64,000 nucleotides of DNA from Alphaproteobacteria bacterium (lineage in GTDB: Bacteria > Pseudomonadota > Alphaproteobacteria > RF32 > CAG-239), in the NCBI GenBank assembly GCA_044432975.1, contig JAWXUC010000001.1:148604-212603 (forward strand), in the 5' to 3' direction. The notes under the pieces were generated by a model. The model had not been told where the DNA came from. It saw only the letters and a program-made list of their open reading frames with translations, and searched no databases. Position 1 is the first letter of the stretch; each line of letters starts with the position of its first letter. Positions 9,711-20,138 of this stretch are shown piece by piece. The translations under genes were made by a program, and so were the position numbers.

Positions 9711-10693
9711 AGCATCACCAAAACAAAACCTAAAATCATTAAAACAAAACCTACAAACCAAAAGCTAAAAACAACTTTCTTTTCACTCCAACCAAGCTGT
9801 TCAAAATGATGATGAATAGGCGCCATTAAAAAGAACCTCTTACCTCTCAATTTATAAGAAGAAACTTGAATCATAACAGAAATCGCTTCAAAAACAAAAA
9901 CAAAACCTATAATTGCAAATAAAATCTCTGATTTTAACATAATTGACAACATTCCCATAAGCGCACCTAAAGCCAAAGAACCTGTATCTCCCATAAATAT
10001 TTTTGCAGGATAAAAATTAAACCTTAAAAATCCCAACAAAGAACCAATTAAAGCCATACATAAAACACTCAACTCTTTTGCATATAAAATTGACGAGTTA
10101 TAACAAAGATAAACAAACACAGCCAAAACAAAAATTAACAAACCAGAAACAAGACCATCCAAACCATCTGTCAAATTAATTGCATTTGAAGAGCCAGCTA
10201 CAACCACCATTGCAAACGGAACATAAAAATACCACAAATTAAATGACAAGCTTTTAAAAAACGGAAACGTTAAAGCATATTGAATATTGTCATTTGTATA
10301 ATAAGTTATTCCAACAATAGCTAAAAAAGAAACAAAAAATTGCAAAAATAATTTTGTTTTTGCTTTCATTGCATTTGCTGTTTGCTTTGTAACTTTTATA
10401 TAATCATCAACAAAACCCATCGCACCATAAATAATAAGAGTTAATAAAGATATGATTATAAAAGGATTAAATAAATCAGCAAAAATTAAAGTTGAAATAA
10501 TAGAGGTAAATATAATCAATAAACCACCCATCGTTGGCACCCCTTTTTTACATTCCAAATGTCTTTGAGGGCCATCGCTTCTAATTGGTTGTCCTTTACC
10601 TTCTTTTTTCCTTAAAAAATCTATAACTTTTCCACCAAAAATAAGGGTCAAAATCAAAGATACAAAAAGTGGAAAAAGCATATTTAAAACCAT
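9707..10693 (-). CDS. mraY: Phospho-N-acetylmuramoyl-pentapeptide transferase MraY.
   Basis: 328-aa polytopic protein with NAINLTDGLDGL and PAKIFMGDTGSL motifs. Confidence 0.9.
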   Translation of the reverse strand: MVLNMLFPLFVSLILTLIFGGKVIDFLRKKEGKGQPIRSDGPQRHLECKKGVPTMGGLLIIFTSIISTLIFADLFNPFIIISLLTLIIYGAMGFVDDYIKVTKQTANAMKAKTKLFLQFFVSFLAIVGITYYTNDNIQYALTFPFFKSLSFNLWYFYVPFAMVVVAGSSNAINLTDGLDGLVSGLLIFVLAVFVYLCYNSSILYAKELSVLCMALIGSLLGFLRFNFYPAKIFMGDTGSLALGALMGMLSIMLKSEILFAIIGFVFVFEAISVMIQVSSYKLRGKRFFLMAPIHHHFEQLGWSEKKVVFSFWFVGFVLMILGFVLVML

Positions 10694-10767
10694 AACAAAA
10701 CCCTTAAAAAAAATTATATAAACTAACTGTACAATAGATTTATTAAAAGATTCGTTAATTTTTATAT

Positions 10768-11910
10768 TTATTCTTTAGATAATGGCTGATGACGATGTAT
10801 ATTTACTGATAATATCAAACCAAAACTTGCCATTATAGAAAGCATAACTGTACCGCCATAAGAAACTAAAGGCAAAGGCACACCTACTACTGGCAAAAGA
10901 CCAATTACCATTGCAATATTAATAAAAACATAAAGAAAATAATTACAACTCAAACCAATAGCAAGTATTTTTCCATAATAACTAGAGCTTTTTAATGCAA
11001 AAGAAAAGCTATAAGCCAAAATAAGAATATTAAGCAAAATAACTAATACAGCCCCAACTAAACCAAACTCTTCTGAAAGCATTGTAAAAATAAAGTCTGT
11101 ATGTTTTTCAGGTAAAAAGTTCAAATGGCTTTGCGAACCTTGTAAAAACCCCTTACCAAAACCACCACCAGAACCTAAAGCTATTTTTGATTGAATAATA
11201 TGATAACCTGCCCCTAAAGGATCTCTTTCTGGATTCAAAAATGTTAAAACCCTTTCTTTTTGATAATCATGCAACAAATGCCAAATAACAGGAAGAGAAA
11301 ACAAAGTCCCCCCTGCAACTAAAGCAAATTTCCACAATTGCACACCACAAACAAAAACCATCATCACCGCAGTTGCAATCAACATTAAAGATGTTCCTAA
11401 ATCAGGCTGAATTAAAATCAATGCTGTTGGAAAAAATATCATCATAGCAGGTATTATCAAAGATTTTGTTTTATAAATAGCCCCCAAAGGTTGTCCATGA
11501 AAATATTTAGCCAAAGCCATAACTAAAGCGATTTTCATCAACTCTGATGGTTGAATTGTTATAAAACCCAAATTAATCCAACGCTGAGCTCCCATACCAA
11601 CAAAACCTAAAACCTCAACAGCTATCAATAAAAACAAACTAAAAAAATAGAACCAATAAGAATATTTTAAAAACAATTTTATATTAATTAAAGATATAAC
11701 AATCATTCCCCCTAAACCAGCTGCAAACCTTACTCCATGTGCCAAAGCCCAAGGCCTTAAATTACCATTTGCCGCAGAATAAAGCATCCCAATGCCTATA
11801 CATCCCATTAAAATAATAAAAAGAATATAAGAAAAACTAAGATTATATATTTTATCTTTTAAGCTCATTGATTGAGTTTTTAAACTAGCTTCATAAAATT
11901 TATACATCAA
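10768..11910 (-). CDS. rodA: SEDS protein RodA, the elongasome partner of PBP2.
   Basis: 380-aa SEDS-family protein overlapping the mrdA stop (ATGA) in the mreBCD-mrdA-rodA order. Confidence 0.8.
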   Translation of the reverse strand: MMYKFYEASLKTQSMSLKDKIYNLSFSYILFIILMGCIGIGMLYSAANGNLRPWALAHGVRFAAGLGGMIVISLINIKLFLKYSYWFYFFSLFLLIAVEVLGFVGMGAQRWINLGFITIQPSELMKIALVMALAKYFHGQPLGAIYKTKSLIIPAMMIFFPTALILIQPDLGTSLMLIATAVMMVFVCGVQLWKFALVAGGTLFSLPVIWHLLHDYQKERVLTFLNPERDPLGAGYHIIQSKIALGSGGGFGKGFLQGSQSHLNFLPEKHTDFIFTMLSEEFGLVGAVLVILLNILILAYSFSFALKSSSYYGKILAIGLSCNYFLYVFINIAMVIGLLPVVGVPLPLVSYGGTVMLSIMASFGLILSVNIHRHQPLSKE

Positions 11911-13721
11911 TTTTCCTCTTCTTTATCAATAATTAAAGCATCTTTTAATATTTTACTAGCAATTGGTGCCGCAACAGTTGAGCCACTACCGCCATGTTCA
12001 ACAATAACCGCTACAGCATATTTAGGATTATCATAAGGAGCAAAACCAACAAAAAGAGCATGATTTCTAAATTTCCAAGGAAGCTGTTCTGTTTTAAGCA
12101 CTCCTGTTTCTCTTTCTTTCATACTAATTCTTTTAACCTGAGTTGTTCCTGTTTTACCAGCCATTTTTTCACCATTTAAATTAAATCTAGACCAAAAAGC
12201 TGTTCCTCCCTTTTCATTAACAACAGCAAACATACCATCTTTTACAATTTGCAAGTGTTCATCAGAAACTGGCATTCTTTTAATTTGCTGTTTTTCTTCA
12301 CCAGTAATTTTTACAAAAGAAGGATTTACATAATAACCCCCATTAACCATTCTTGCCGTCATTAAAACCAATTGCATTGGTGTTGTTAATAAATAACCTT
12401 GCCCAATACCAGCAATCACACTTTCACCACCTTGCCAAGATTCAGAAAAACGCTCTAATTTCCATGAGGTTGAAGGAATTAATCCAACCTTTTCATTATC
12501 AAAACCAAGATTAGTAGAACTACCTAAACCAAACCTTCCTGCAACTTCCGCGATTTTATCAATGCCAATTTTAAGAGACAATTCATAAAAAAAGACATCA
12601 CAAGAATGTTGCAAAGCTCCAACAACATCAAGAAAACCATGACCACCTTTTTTCCAACAGTGAAAAATATGGTTTCCCAAAGGCATCGCACCACTACATC
12701 CAACTTTTGTTGTTCTACTTATAGCTTTTGCTTCTAAACCTGCAATTGCTGTAATCATCTTAAATGTAGAACCTGGAGAATATTGCCCAGAAATTATTTT
12801 ATTTGTTAAAGGTTTTTTCTCATTATTAAGAAGATTATTCCAATCAACAGTACTAATACCTTGAGCCATTTTATTTGAATCATAAGCAGGTGTTGAAACA
12901 AAAGCCAAAATCTCTCCTGTATTTATATCCAACAAAACAACTGCACCACTTTCTTCACCCAAATAATCAAAAGCTTTTTCTTGCAATCTTGCGTCTATAG
13001 TCAATGTTATATCTTGACCTTTTATAGCTTCAACCTTTTCAATATCTTGCATAATTCTGCCAATAGCATTAACTTCTGACTTTAAGTTTCCACCTTTGCC
13101 ACGCAATTGTTTTTCAAACATTTTTTCAATTCCAGATTTTCCAATTTTAAAATCAGGAACATCTAATAGTGGACTATCTTTTACATCTTTATCGCTAACA
13201 GATGCAACATACCCCAACAAATGAGATGTTTTCTCGCTATAAGGATAATGCCTTGACAAACCTTCATCGATAATAATACCTGGCATATCAGTAATATTTA
13301 ACAAAATGCTTGAAACTTGTTCCCAGTCAAGTTTTTCCTTAACCTTAACAAGCATAAAACTTCTACTTCTTTTTATTTCTTTTTTTATTTTTAAAATTTC
13401 ATCTTCATCAAGTGGAACAATTTCTGAAAACTTACTTAAAATATTATCAACATCATGAGCCTGCTCTGGCAAAATAAAAGCCTTAAAATTTTGCACATTA
13501 TTTGCTAAAACAACACCATTCTTATCATAAACAATCCCTCTTGAAGGCACTAAAATTCTAGTCGTAATTCTATTATCATCAGACATTACCGTATATTTAT
13601 CAGCCTGATATATTTGCAAATAATAAAGCCTAAATATAAGCATTAAGAGAAGAAGAAGCATTCCTCCTAGCAAAAATAATGAACGTACGAGTAAAACTTT
13701 TCCTTTATCATTCATCATCAA
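11907..13721 (-). CDS. mrdA: Penicillin-binding protein 2 (elongasome transpeptidase).
   Basis: 604 aa with an N-terminal TM. Transpeptidase motifs STFK, SCD and KTGT are present. Confidence 0.9.
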   Translation of the reverse strand: MMMNDKGKVLLVRSLFLLGGMLLLLLMLIFRLYYLQIYQADKYTVMSDDNRITTRILVPSRGIVYDKNGVVLANNVQNFKAFILPEQAHDVDNILSKFSEIVPLDEDEILKIKKEIKRSRSFMLVKVKEKLDWEQVSSILLNITDMPGIIIDEGLSRHYPYSEKTSHLLGYVASVSDKDVKDSPLLDVPDFKIGKSGIEKMFEKQLRGKGGNLKSEVNAIGRIMQDIEKVEAIKGQDITLTIDARLQEKAFDYLGEESGAVVLLDINTGEILAFVSTPAYDSNKMAQGISTVDWNNLLNNEKKPLTNKIISGQYSPGSTFKMITAIAGLEAKAISRTTKVGCSGAMPLGNHIFHCWKKGGHGFLDVVGALQHSCDVFFYELSLKIGIDKIAEVAGRFGLGSSTNLGFDNEKVGLIPSTSWKLERFSESWQGGESVIAGIGQGYLLTTPMQLVLMTARMVNGGYYVNPSFVKITGEEKQQIKRMPVSDEHLQIVKDGMFAVVNEKGGTAFWSRFNLNGEKMAGKTGTTQVKRISMKERETGVLKTEQLPWKFRNHALFVGFAPYDNPKYAVAVIVEHGGSGSTVAAPIASKILKDALIIDKEEEN

Positions 13722-14220
13722 ATCTCACATAGGTTTGAACAAAGGCATTAAAAATACTAACAAAAGGATAGCAAATAATTGTAGTTAAATACATAAAAAG
13801 CACCGAAGTTATCGGCAAAAATTGAGTATAATAAACAGATAAAACAAACCATTTTAGTAAAAATGCAGCACCTGCAAACATCATAAAAAAATACCAATAA
13901 ACCATAAATGGCTTATTATAAAAAAAGGCTTCAAATTTATTTATCAATAAGTATATAAAAGATAACATTAATAAATTAGCTCCCAAAGGATTTCCACTTA
14001 AAGTATCTGCAAAAATAGCAACAATAATAATAGAAAAAATACCAAAAACATCTGGGCGATGTGTCAACCAAAAAAACACAGAGGCTAAAACCAAACAAGG
14101 TTTTATACTATTACTAATTCCAAAAGAAAAAGGCAAATAAAACAAAAACAATAAGAATATTGTTGATATCAAAGGAAAATATATAGAAAACGAAGATACA
14201 AAAGAAATTCTTTTTTTCAT
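13708..14220 (-). CDS. mreD: Rod shape-determining protein MreD.
   Basis: 170-aa polytopic membrane protein lying between mreC and mrdA. Confidence 0.65.
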   Translation of the reverse strand: MKKRISFVSSFSIYFPLISTIFLLFLFYLPFSFGISNSIKPCLVLASVFFWLTHRPDVFGIFSIIIVAIFADTLSGNPLGANLLMLSFIYLLINKFEAFFYNKPFMVYWYFFMMFAGAAFLLKWFVLSVYYTQFLPITSVLFMYLTTIICYPFVSIFNAFVQTYVRFDDE

Positions 14221-15053
14221 AATTCATAATCCACTATTTTAACATATTCTAAAGCATCAACATCACTAGCCAATTTTATTTTAACAGAATTTTTATCAAC
14301 CTTAAAAACTTTACCTACAACTAGCCCAGAAGGAAAGACTCCAGCCACACCAGAAGTAACAACATTATCACCAACATTAACTTTTGCACCAATTGGTAAA
14401 AATTCCAAATAAGGATAAGATGTATTATCACCAACCAAAATTGCCCTCAAAGAACTATTTTGTAAAGAAACAGGAACCCTAGAGTTAATATCTGTAATTT
14501 GTAAAATTTTAGCATAAAACAAACCAACACTTTCAACCCTACCAACAACTCCTTTATCAGACAAAACTATCTGCCCTTTTTTCACATTATTAGAGCCAAT
14601 ATAAACAATCAATGATTGAGAAAAAGCATTTTCCTCTTCTGCAATAATTCTTGCTGTAATATATTTTTCTTTAGGGGTTTTTTGATAATTTAACAAATTG
14701 CTCAAAAGATTATTTTCCAATCTTAAAGCTGCCATTTCATTTTTCAAAACAACCAATTCATGACTATCTCTTAAAAGCTTTTGATTATCTTCATAAGTAT
14801 TTTTAAACTCAATAAATTTATCATAACCCTTTGCCCATATTTTTGCAGGAAAAAGTACAACTTCTAGCAAAGGAGAAGCAACATCAGTAACATATGAAGA
14901 CGTTTTATCTAAAAAAACATTTTCAGTTTTGTTAAGCATAATTACAATAAAAGAGGCAATGAAAACAAATATAATAGCAAACCTTTTTATTAGAGATCTA
15001 AATCTATATAGATGAATAAATAGGGTTTTTCTTCTTTTCATTGCCTTTACCAA
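14217..15053 (-). CDS. mreC: Rod shape-determining protein MreC.
   Basis: N-terminal TM followed by a coiled coil and a beta-rich C-terminus. Downstream of mreB. Confidence 0.8.
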   Translation of the reverse strand: MVKAMKRRKTLFIHLYRFRSLIKRFAIIFVFIASFIVIMLNKTENVFLDKTSSYVTDVASPLLEVVLFPAKIWAKGYDKFIEFKNTYEDNQKLLRDSHELVVLKNEMAALRLENNLLSNLLNYQKTPKEKYITARIIAEEENAFSQSLIVYIGSNNVKKGQIVLSDKGVVGRVESVGLFYAKILQITDINSRVPVSLQNSSLRAILVGDNTSYPYLEFLPIGAKVNVGDNVVTSGVAGVFPSGLVVGKVFKVDKNSVKIKLASDVDALEYVKIVDYEL

Positions 15054-15064
15054 AATTCCTCAAA

Positions 15065-16132
<1,068 letters not shown>

Positions 16133-16169
16133 TTACTAACTTTTAAAGCTTAATTTAGTATAAATCAAG

Positions 16170-17033
16170 CTAAATTTCACGACTTATAATAAAATCTGCC
16201 AAATCAAGCAATTTTTTTTCCTTACCACCAAAAAAGCTCAAATCTGCTTTTGCGGATTCTATCATTTTTCTTGCAATTTCTTCGGCCTTTTCCAAACCAT
16301 ACAAAGCAACAAAAGTTACTTTATTTTGTTCAATATCCTTCTTTAAGGTTTTTCCCATTTTCTCTTGGCTTCCCTTAATATCTAAAATATCATCAGATAT
16401 CTGAAAAGCTTGTCCAATTTTTTTTGCATAAGAAGACAAGGCATCAAACTCTTCTTTATTTGCCCCTCCAATAACAGCTCCAGCCTCAACAGCATATCTA
16501 ATCAAACGACCAGTCTTCATTACTTCTATAGCTTCAATTTCTTCAGATTTTGTTGCTTGCAAATCAAGTGATTGCCCAGCAATCATTCCATTATAAGCTC
16601 CTGCTGCATTTGAGAGCATAGAAATAAGTTTTATTTTAACATCTGCACCAATATTTTGATTAGCCAAAACCTCAAAAGCATAAGTTAACAAACCATCGCC
16701 AGCTAAAACTGCTGTAGCTTCATCAAAAGCAATATGACAAGTTGGCTTTCCACGTCTAAGCTCATCATCATCCATAGCAGGAAGATCATCATGAATAAGT
16801 GAATATGTGTGCAACATTTCCAAAGATATAGCAGTCTCTAAAGCATCATTAAAACTCTTACCAAACAAGTTTGCAACCTCGCAAAGCAAAAAAGGACGCA
16901 AACGCTTTCCACCATTAAGAACAGAATATTCCATCGCCTCTAAAATTCTTTTCTCTTTACCTTCAGGCTTGTTAAAGAATTGAGGAATGTATGTGTTAAA
17001 TTTTTTAGAAAAATCAAGAAGTGCTTGCATCAT
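16170..17033 (-). CDS. ispA: Farnesyl diphosphate synthase (geranyltranstransferase).
   Basis: Asp-rich motifs LIHDDLPAMDDDELRRGKP and FQISDDILD. Confidence 0.85.
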   Translation of the reverse strand: MMQALLDFSKKFNTYIPQFFNKPEGKEKRILEAMEYSVLNGGKRLRPFLLCEVANLFGKSFNDALETAISLEMLHTYSLIHDDLPAMDDDELRRGKPTCHIAFDEATAVLAGDGLLTYAFEVLANQNIGADVKIKLISMLSNAAGAYNGMIAGQSLDLQATKSEEIEAIEVMKTGRLIRYAVEAGAVIGGANKEEFDALSSYAKKIGQAFQISDDILDIKGSQEKMGKTLKKDIEQNKVTFVALYGLEKAEEIARKMIESAKADLSFFGGKEKKLLDLADFIISREI

Positions 17034-17265
17034 CTAAATCCGATTCTTTTATTGTTCCATCTACCGATGCTTCTAATTTTTTAATAACAAGCTCAGCATT
17101 TTTTAATTTTTCTTCACAAAGTTTTTTTAATGTTATTGCATTTTGATAAGACCCAATAGCATCATCTAAATTAACCCTACCTGTTTCTAAATTTCTAACA
17201 ATTTCTTCAAGCTGATTTAACGCTTCTTCAAATTTAAGTTCTGTTTTATCTTCAGTCATTTTCAT
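17014..17265 (-). CDS. xseB: Exodeoxyribonuclease VII small subunit.
   Basis: 83 aa reading FEEALNQLEEIVRNLETGRVNLDDAIGSYQNA. Overlaps ispA, the typical xseB-ispA arrangement. Confidence 0.85.
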   Translation of the reverse strand: MKMTEDKTELKFEEALNQLEEIVRNLETGRVNLDDAIGSYQNAITLKKLCEEKLKNAELVIKKLEASVDGTIKESDLDDASTS

Positions 17266-17316
17266 CTCCTAAAAACAGGATATAAGATAAAAATAAGATA
17301 TCAAGGAGTAATTTAT

Positions 17317-17586
17317 TTATACTGAAATTATTTTATCTATATCTTTTTTATACTTAGCACAAGCCAATTCCAACTCATACTCCCTCTGCAAATCAAGAAA
17401 ATAACAAAAATTTAAATTAAAAAATTTACAAAGCTTAATATCCGTTTCTAAAGAAAAGCGCCTTTTTTGCTTTAAAATTTCACAAATCCTATTCTGAGGA
17501 ATAAAAACTCTTAACGCCAATTGAGGTTGATTCAAAGAATATTCCAACATCAACTCTCTCAGCTTCACCACCGCCATATTTTGCAT
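17317..17586 (-). CDS. HigA/VapI-family HTH protein, an antitoxin-like XRE regulator (paralog 1).
   Basis: The start is [12 protein letters not shown] the Met preceded by taggagggGTT-ATG. Reads LNQPQLALRVFIPQNRICEILKQKRRFSLETDIKLCKFF, the HigA-family pattern (R.S.ILNGKR.IT.DTALRL..FF). About 50% identical to the gene at 23352-23624. Confidence 0.6.
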   Translation of the reverse strand: MQNMAVVKLRELMLEYSLNQPQLALRVFIPQNRICEILKQKRRFSLETDIKLCKFFNLNFCYFLDLQREYELELACAKYKKDIDKIISV

Positions 17587-17672
17587 AACCCCTCCTAAAA
17601 ACAAATACTTGCAATCCTTAATCATTTACACTTATAGCTTGTATAATACAAATCAATAAAATTGTCAATATC

Positions 17673-17714
17673 TATATACCAAATACGGATTCCGTAATCC
17701 GTATTTGGTATATA
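17673..17714. promoter_or_regulatory. Perfect hairpin/palindrome (19-bp arms, 4-nt loop) about 90 bp upstream of HigA-like paralog 1. Candidate operator.
   Basis: Sequence tataccaaatacggatt ccgt aatccgtatttggtata. Confidence 0.45.
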
Positions 17715-17721
17715 AATTAAA

Positions 17722-17764
17722 CAAAAAAACTCTGCTCAATATATCAAACATACTGAACAGAGTT
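17722..17764 (-). terminator. Probable terminator of fba on the minus strand.
   Basis: Stem aactctg/cagagtt with a T-run on the minus-strand transcript. The loop is long, so this is only moderately convincing. Confidence 0.35.
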
Positions 17765-17779
17765 TTAAACAAGCATCAA

Positions 17780-18817
17780 TTATTTGTAATAATTTACCAT
17801 ATCAAATAATGGAGTAGCTTTAATCTTATCACCTTGACCAGCTGCACCAAATTGAGTATATCTTTCTTCACAAACTTTTTGCATTTCTTTCATTGCAGGT
17901 GCAAGATATTTACGAGGATCAAATTCTTTTGGATTCTCTGCAAACACTTTTCTAATTGCACCAGTGATTGCCAAACGACAGTCTGTATCAACGTTAACTT
18001 TACGCACACCAGATTTAATACCTCTGATAATTTCTTCAGCTGGCACACCATAAGTTTGAGGAATTCCACCACCATAAGCATTAACTAAATCTTGCAATTC
18101 TTGAGGAACAGAAGAAGAGCCATGCATAACAAGGTGAGTGTTTGGCAATTTTGCATGAATTTTTTCAATTGCAGAAATAGCTAAAATTTCTCCATCAGGT
18201 TTACGAGTAAATTTATAAGCACCATGAGATGTTCCAACAGCAACAGCTAATGCATCTACATTTGTAGCTTTAACAAATTCAAAGGCTTCATCAGCATCTG
18301 TAACTAATTTATCTTTAGAAATAACACCTTCAACACCATGACCATCTTCTTTTTCACCTTGGCCAGTTTCTAATGAACCAATAACACCAAGTTCACCTTC
18401 AACAGAAGCGCCAACAGCATGAGCACGAGCTACAACATTTTTAGTAACATCTACATTATATTCAAAAGTAGAAGGACTTTTTCCATCCGCAGCCAAAGAA
18501 CCATCCATCATAACAGAAGTATAACCATTAACCAAAGCAGATTGACAAATATCAACAGAAGAACCGTGATCTTGGTGTAAACAAACATTCATAGTTGGAT
18601 ACATTTCTAAAACAGCTTGAACCATATGACGAATCATTGGGTCGCCAGCAAATTTTCTAGCTCCTGTAGATGTTTGCAAAATAACTGGAGCATTAACAGC
18701 TTTAGCAGCATTCATAACGGCTAAAATTTGTTCCATATCATTAATATTAAAAGCTGGCACACCATAGTTATTTTCTGCAGCATGATCCAAAATTTGTCTC
18801 ATAGACACTAAAGGCAT
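17780..18817 (-). CDS. fba: Class II fructose-1,6-bisphosphate aldolase.
   Basis: 345 aa with the LHQDHGSS motif, the GELG loop and a metal-binding His pattern. Confidence 0.9.
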   Translation of the reverse strand: MPLVSMRQILDHAAENNYGVPAFNINDMEQILAVMNAAKAVNAPVILQTSTGARKFAGDPMIRHMVQAVLEMYPTMNVCLHQDHGSSVDICQSALVNGYTSVMMDGSLAADGKSPSTFEYNVDVTKNVVARAHAVGASVEGELGVIGSLETGQGEKEDGHGVEGVISKDKLVTDADEAFEFVKATNVDALAVAVGTSHGAYKFTRKPDGEILAISAIEKIHAKLPNTHLVMHGSSSVPQELQDLVNAYGGGIPQTYGVPAEEIIRGIKSGVRKVNVDTDCRLAITGAIRKVFAENPKEFDPRKYLAPAMKEMQKVCEERYTQFGAAGQGDKIKATPLFDMVNYYK

Positions 18818-19168
18818 TTATTTTCTCCTTAAAAATTATTTTTACCTAAACTGAATATATACCCACAATAAGTTTTTGCAAGCAAAAATTTACACATAAA
18901 AAAAGTTCTGAATATTTACAATTACAGAACTTTTATTTTTTATATTTTATAATCAAATACAAAACAGGGAGCGTCGTTGAAATACCTAAAGCATTAAAAA
19001 GAATAACTTGCACAGAATTAATATACATTCCATAAAGCAACCACAAAAACATTCCAAAAACAAAAATACAAAAAAAAACAAAGACAAATCATCTACTGCT
19101 TTTGTTTTTATCATTTTCAGCACTTGCGGCGCAAAAGCCAAAGAAGTACAAGTCCCTGCAATATACCC

Positions 19169-19328
19169 TAGAGCTTTTTACGAAAAGATAGAATACCCCT
19201 GTGAAGAATTTTGTTTTTTGAATTTGATTTTATTTGTGAAGTGTAGTGGGCTACAGTTTATAAATAAAATTAAAGAGCAAAAAACAAAAGACGAGCAAGG
19301 AGATTCTATCTTTTCATAAAAAGCTCTA
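19169..19328. repeat. MITE/RPE-like palindromic element, copy 2.
   Basis: Termini tagagctttttacgaaaagatagaat ... attctatcttttcataaaaagctcta, with an internal region almost identical to copy 1. Confidence 0.7.
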
Positions 19329-19346
19329 ATATCTCAAAAAACATTT

Positions 19347-19619
19347 TTACTTCAGCTTGCTATTCTTAATAAGTAAATACAAAATAGGCAAAGCAAAGCT
19401 TAAACTTATAAGATTAAAAATAATCATAGGATATGAGTTTAGCAAAACACCATAAGTTGCCCACATCACCATTGAAATACAATAAATCAAATAAGAAGCT
19501 AAAGACAACCCATTAATATCTTTTGTTTTTATTGTTTTTATTGTTTGAGGCAAAACAAATATAGCAGTACACAATCCAGCACCATAACCAATAATTTCTA
19601 CAAAAATTCCCATAGTCAT
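19347..19619 (-). CDS. SemiSWEET (PQ-loop/MtN3 family) small sugar transporter.
   Basis: 90 aa with three TM helices and PQ-loop motif LPQTIKTIKTK. Confidence 0.7.
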   Translation of the reverse strand: MTMGIFVEIIGYGAGLCTAIFVLPQTIKTIKTKDINGLSLASYLIYCISMVMWATYGVLLNSYPMIIFNLISLSFALPILYLLIKNSKLK

Positions 19620-19702
19620 TTTCCTTAAAAATCAAATAAAAACATCAACTATTGTAGTTACAACTTTCACAACACATCCAATAATTGCAAAAACAATTCC
19701 CA

Positions 19703-20137
19703 TTATTTTTTCTTTGAAACAGGTTTCTTTTTAACAGCTTCTTTCTTTTTAGAAATTTCTTTAGTTTTAGAAATTTCTTTAGTTTTAGAAACAATGTCTT
19801 TTTTTTCTGTAACAACAGATCTTGGAACATCTAAAGAAAATCCATTTTTTAATGCACCATTACCATCTTTTCCATAATATATAGTCATTAATAAAATTGG
19901 GAAAGTACATATAAATGTTGCAACATTAAAAACTATCAAAACTAATGATTGAATATAGACACCATAAGCAAACCAACAAACTAAACCTAAATTATAAATT
20001 ATATACATATCAGCAGAGATATCGCCAGTTTTTTTAGAACGATAAGATTTTGTTACTTGTGGGATAAAAGACAACATTGTACATAAACCACCCAAAACAG
20101 CAATAATATCAAATAATAGTGTATTTTCTTCTAACAT
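19703..20137 (-). CDS. SemiSWEET paralog with a Lys-rich repetitive C-terminal tail.
   Basis: PQ-loop FIPQVTKSYRSKKTGD and three TM helices. The tail SKTKEISKTKEISKKKEAVKKKPVSKKK is encoded by a 21-bp tandem repeat at 19741-19790. Confidence 0.65.
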   Translation of the reverse strand: MLEENTLLFDIIAVLGGLCTMLSFIPQVTKSYRSKKTGDISADMYIIYNLGLVCWFAYGVYIQSLVLIVFNVATFICTFPILLMTIYYGKDGNGALKNGFSLDVPRSVVTEKKDIVSKTKEISKTKEISKKKEAVKKKPVSKKK

Positions 20138-20138
20138 T

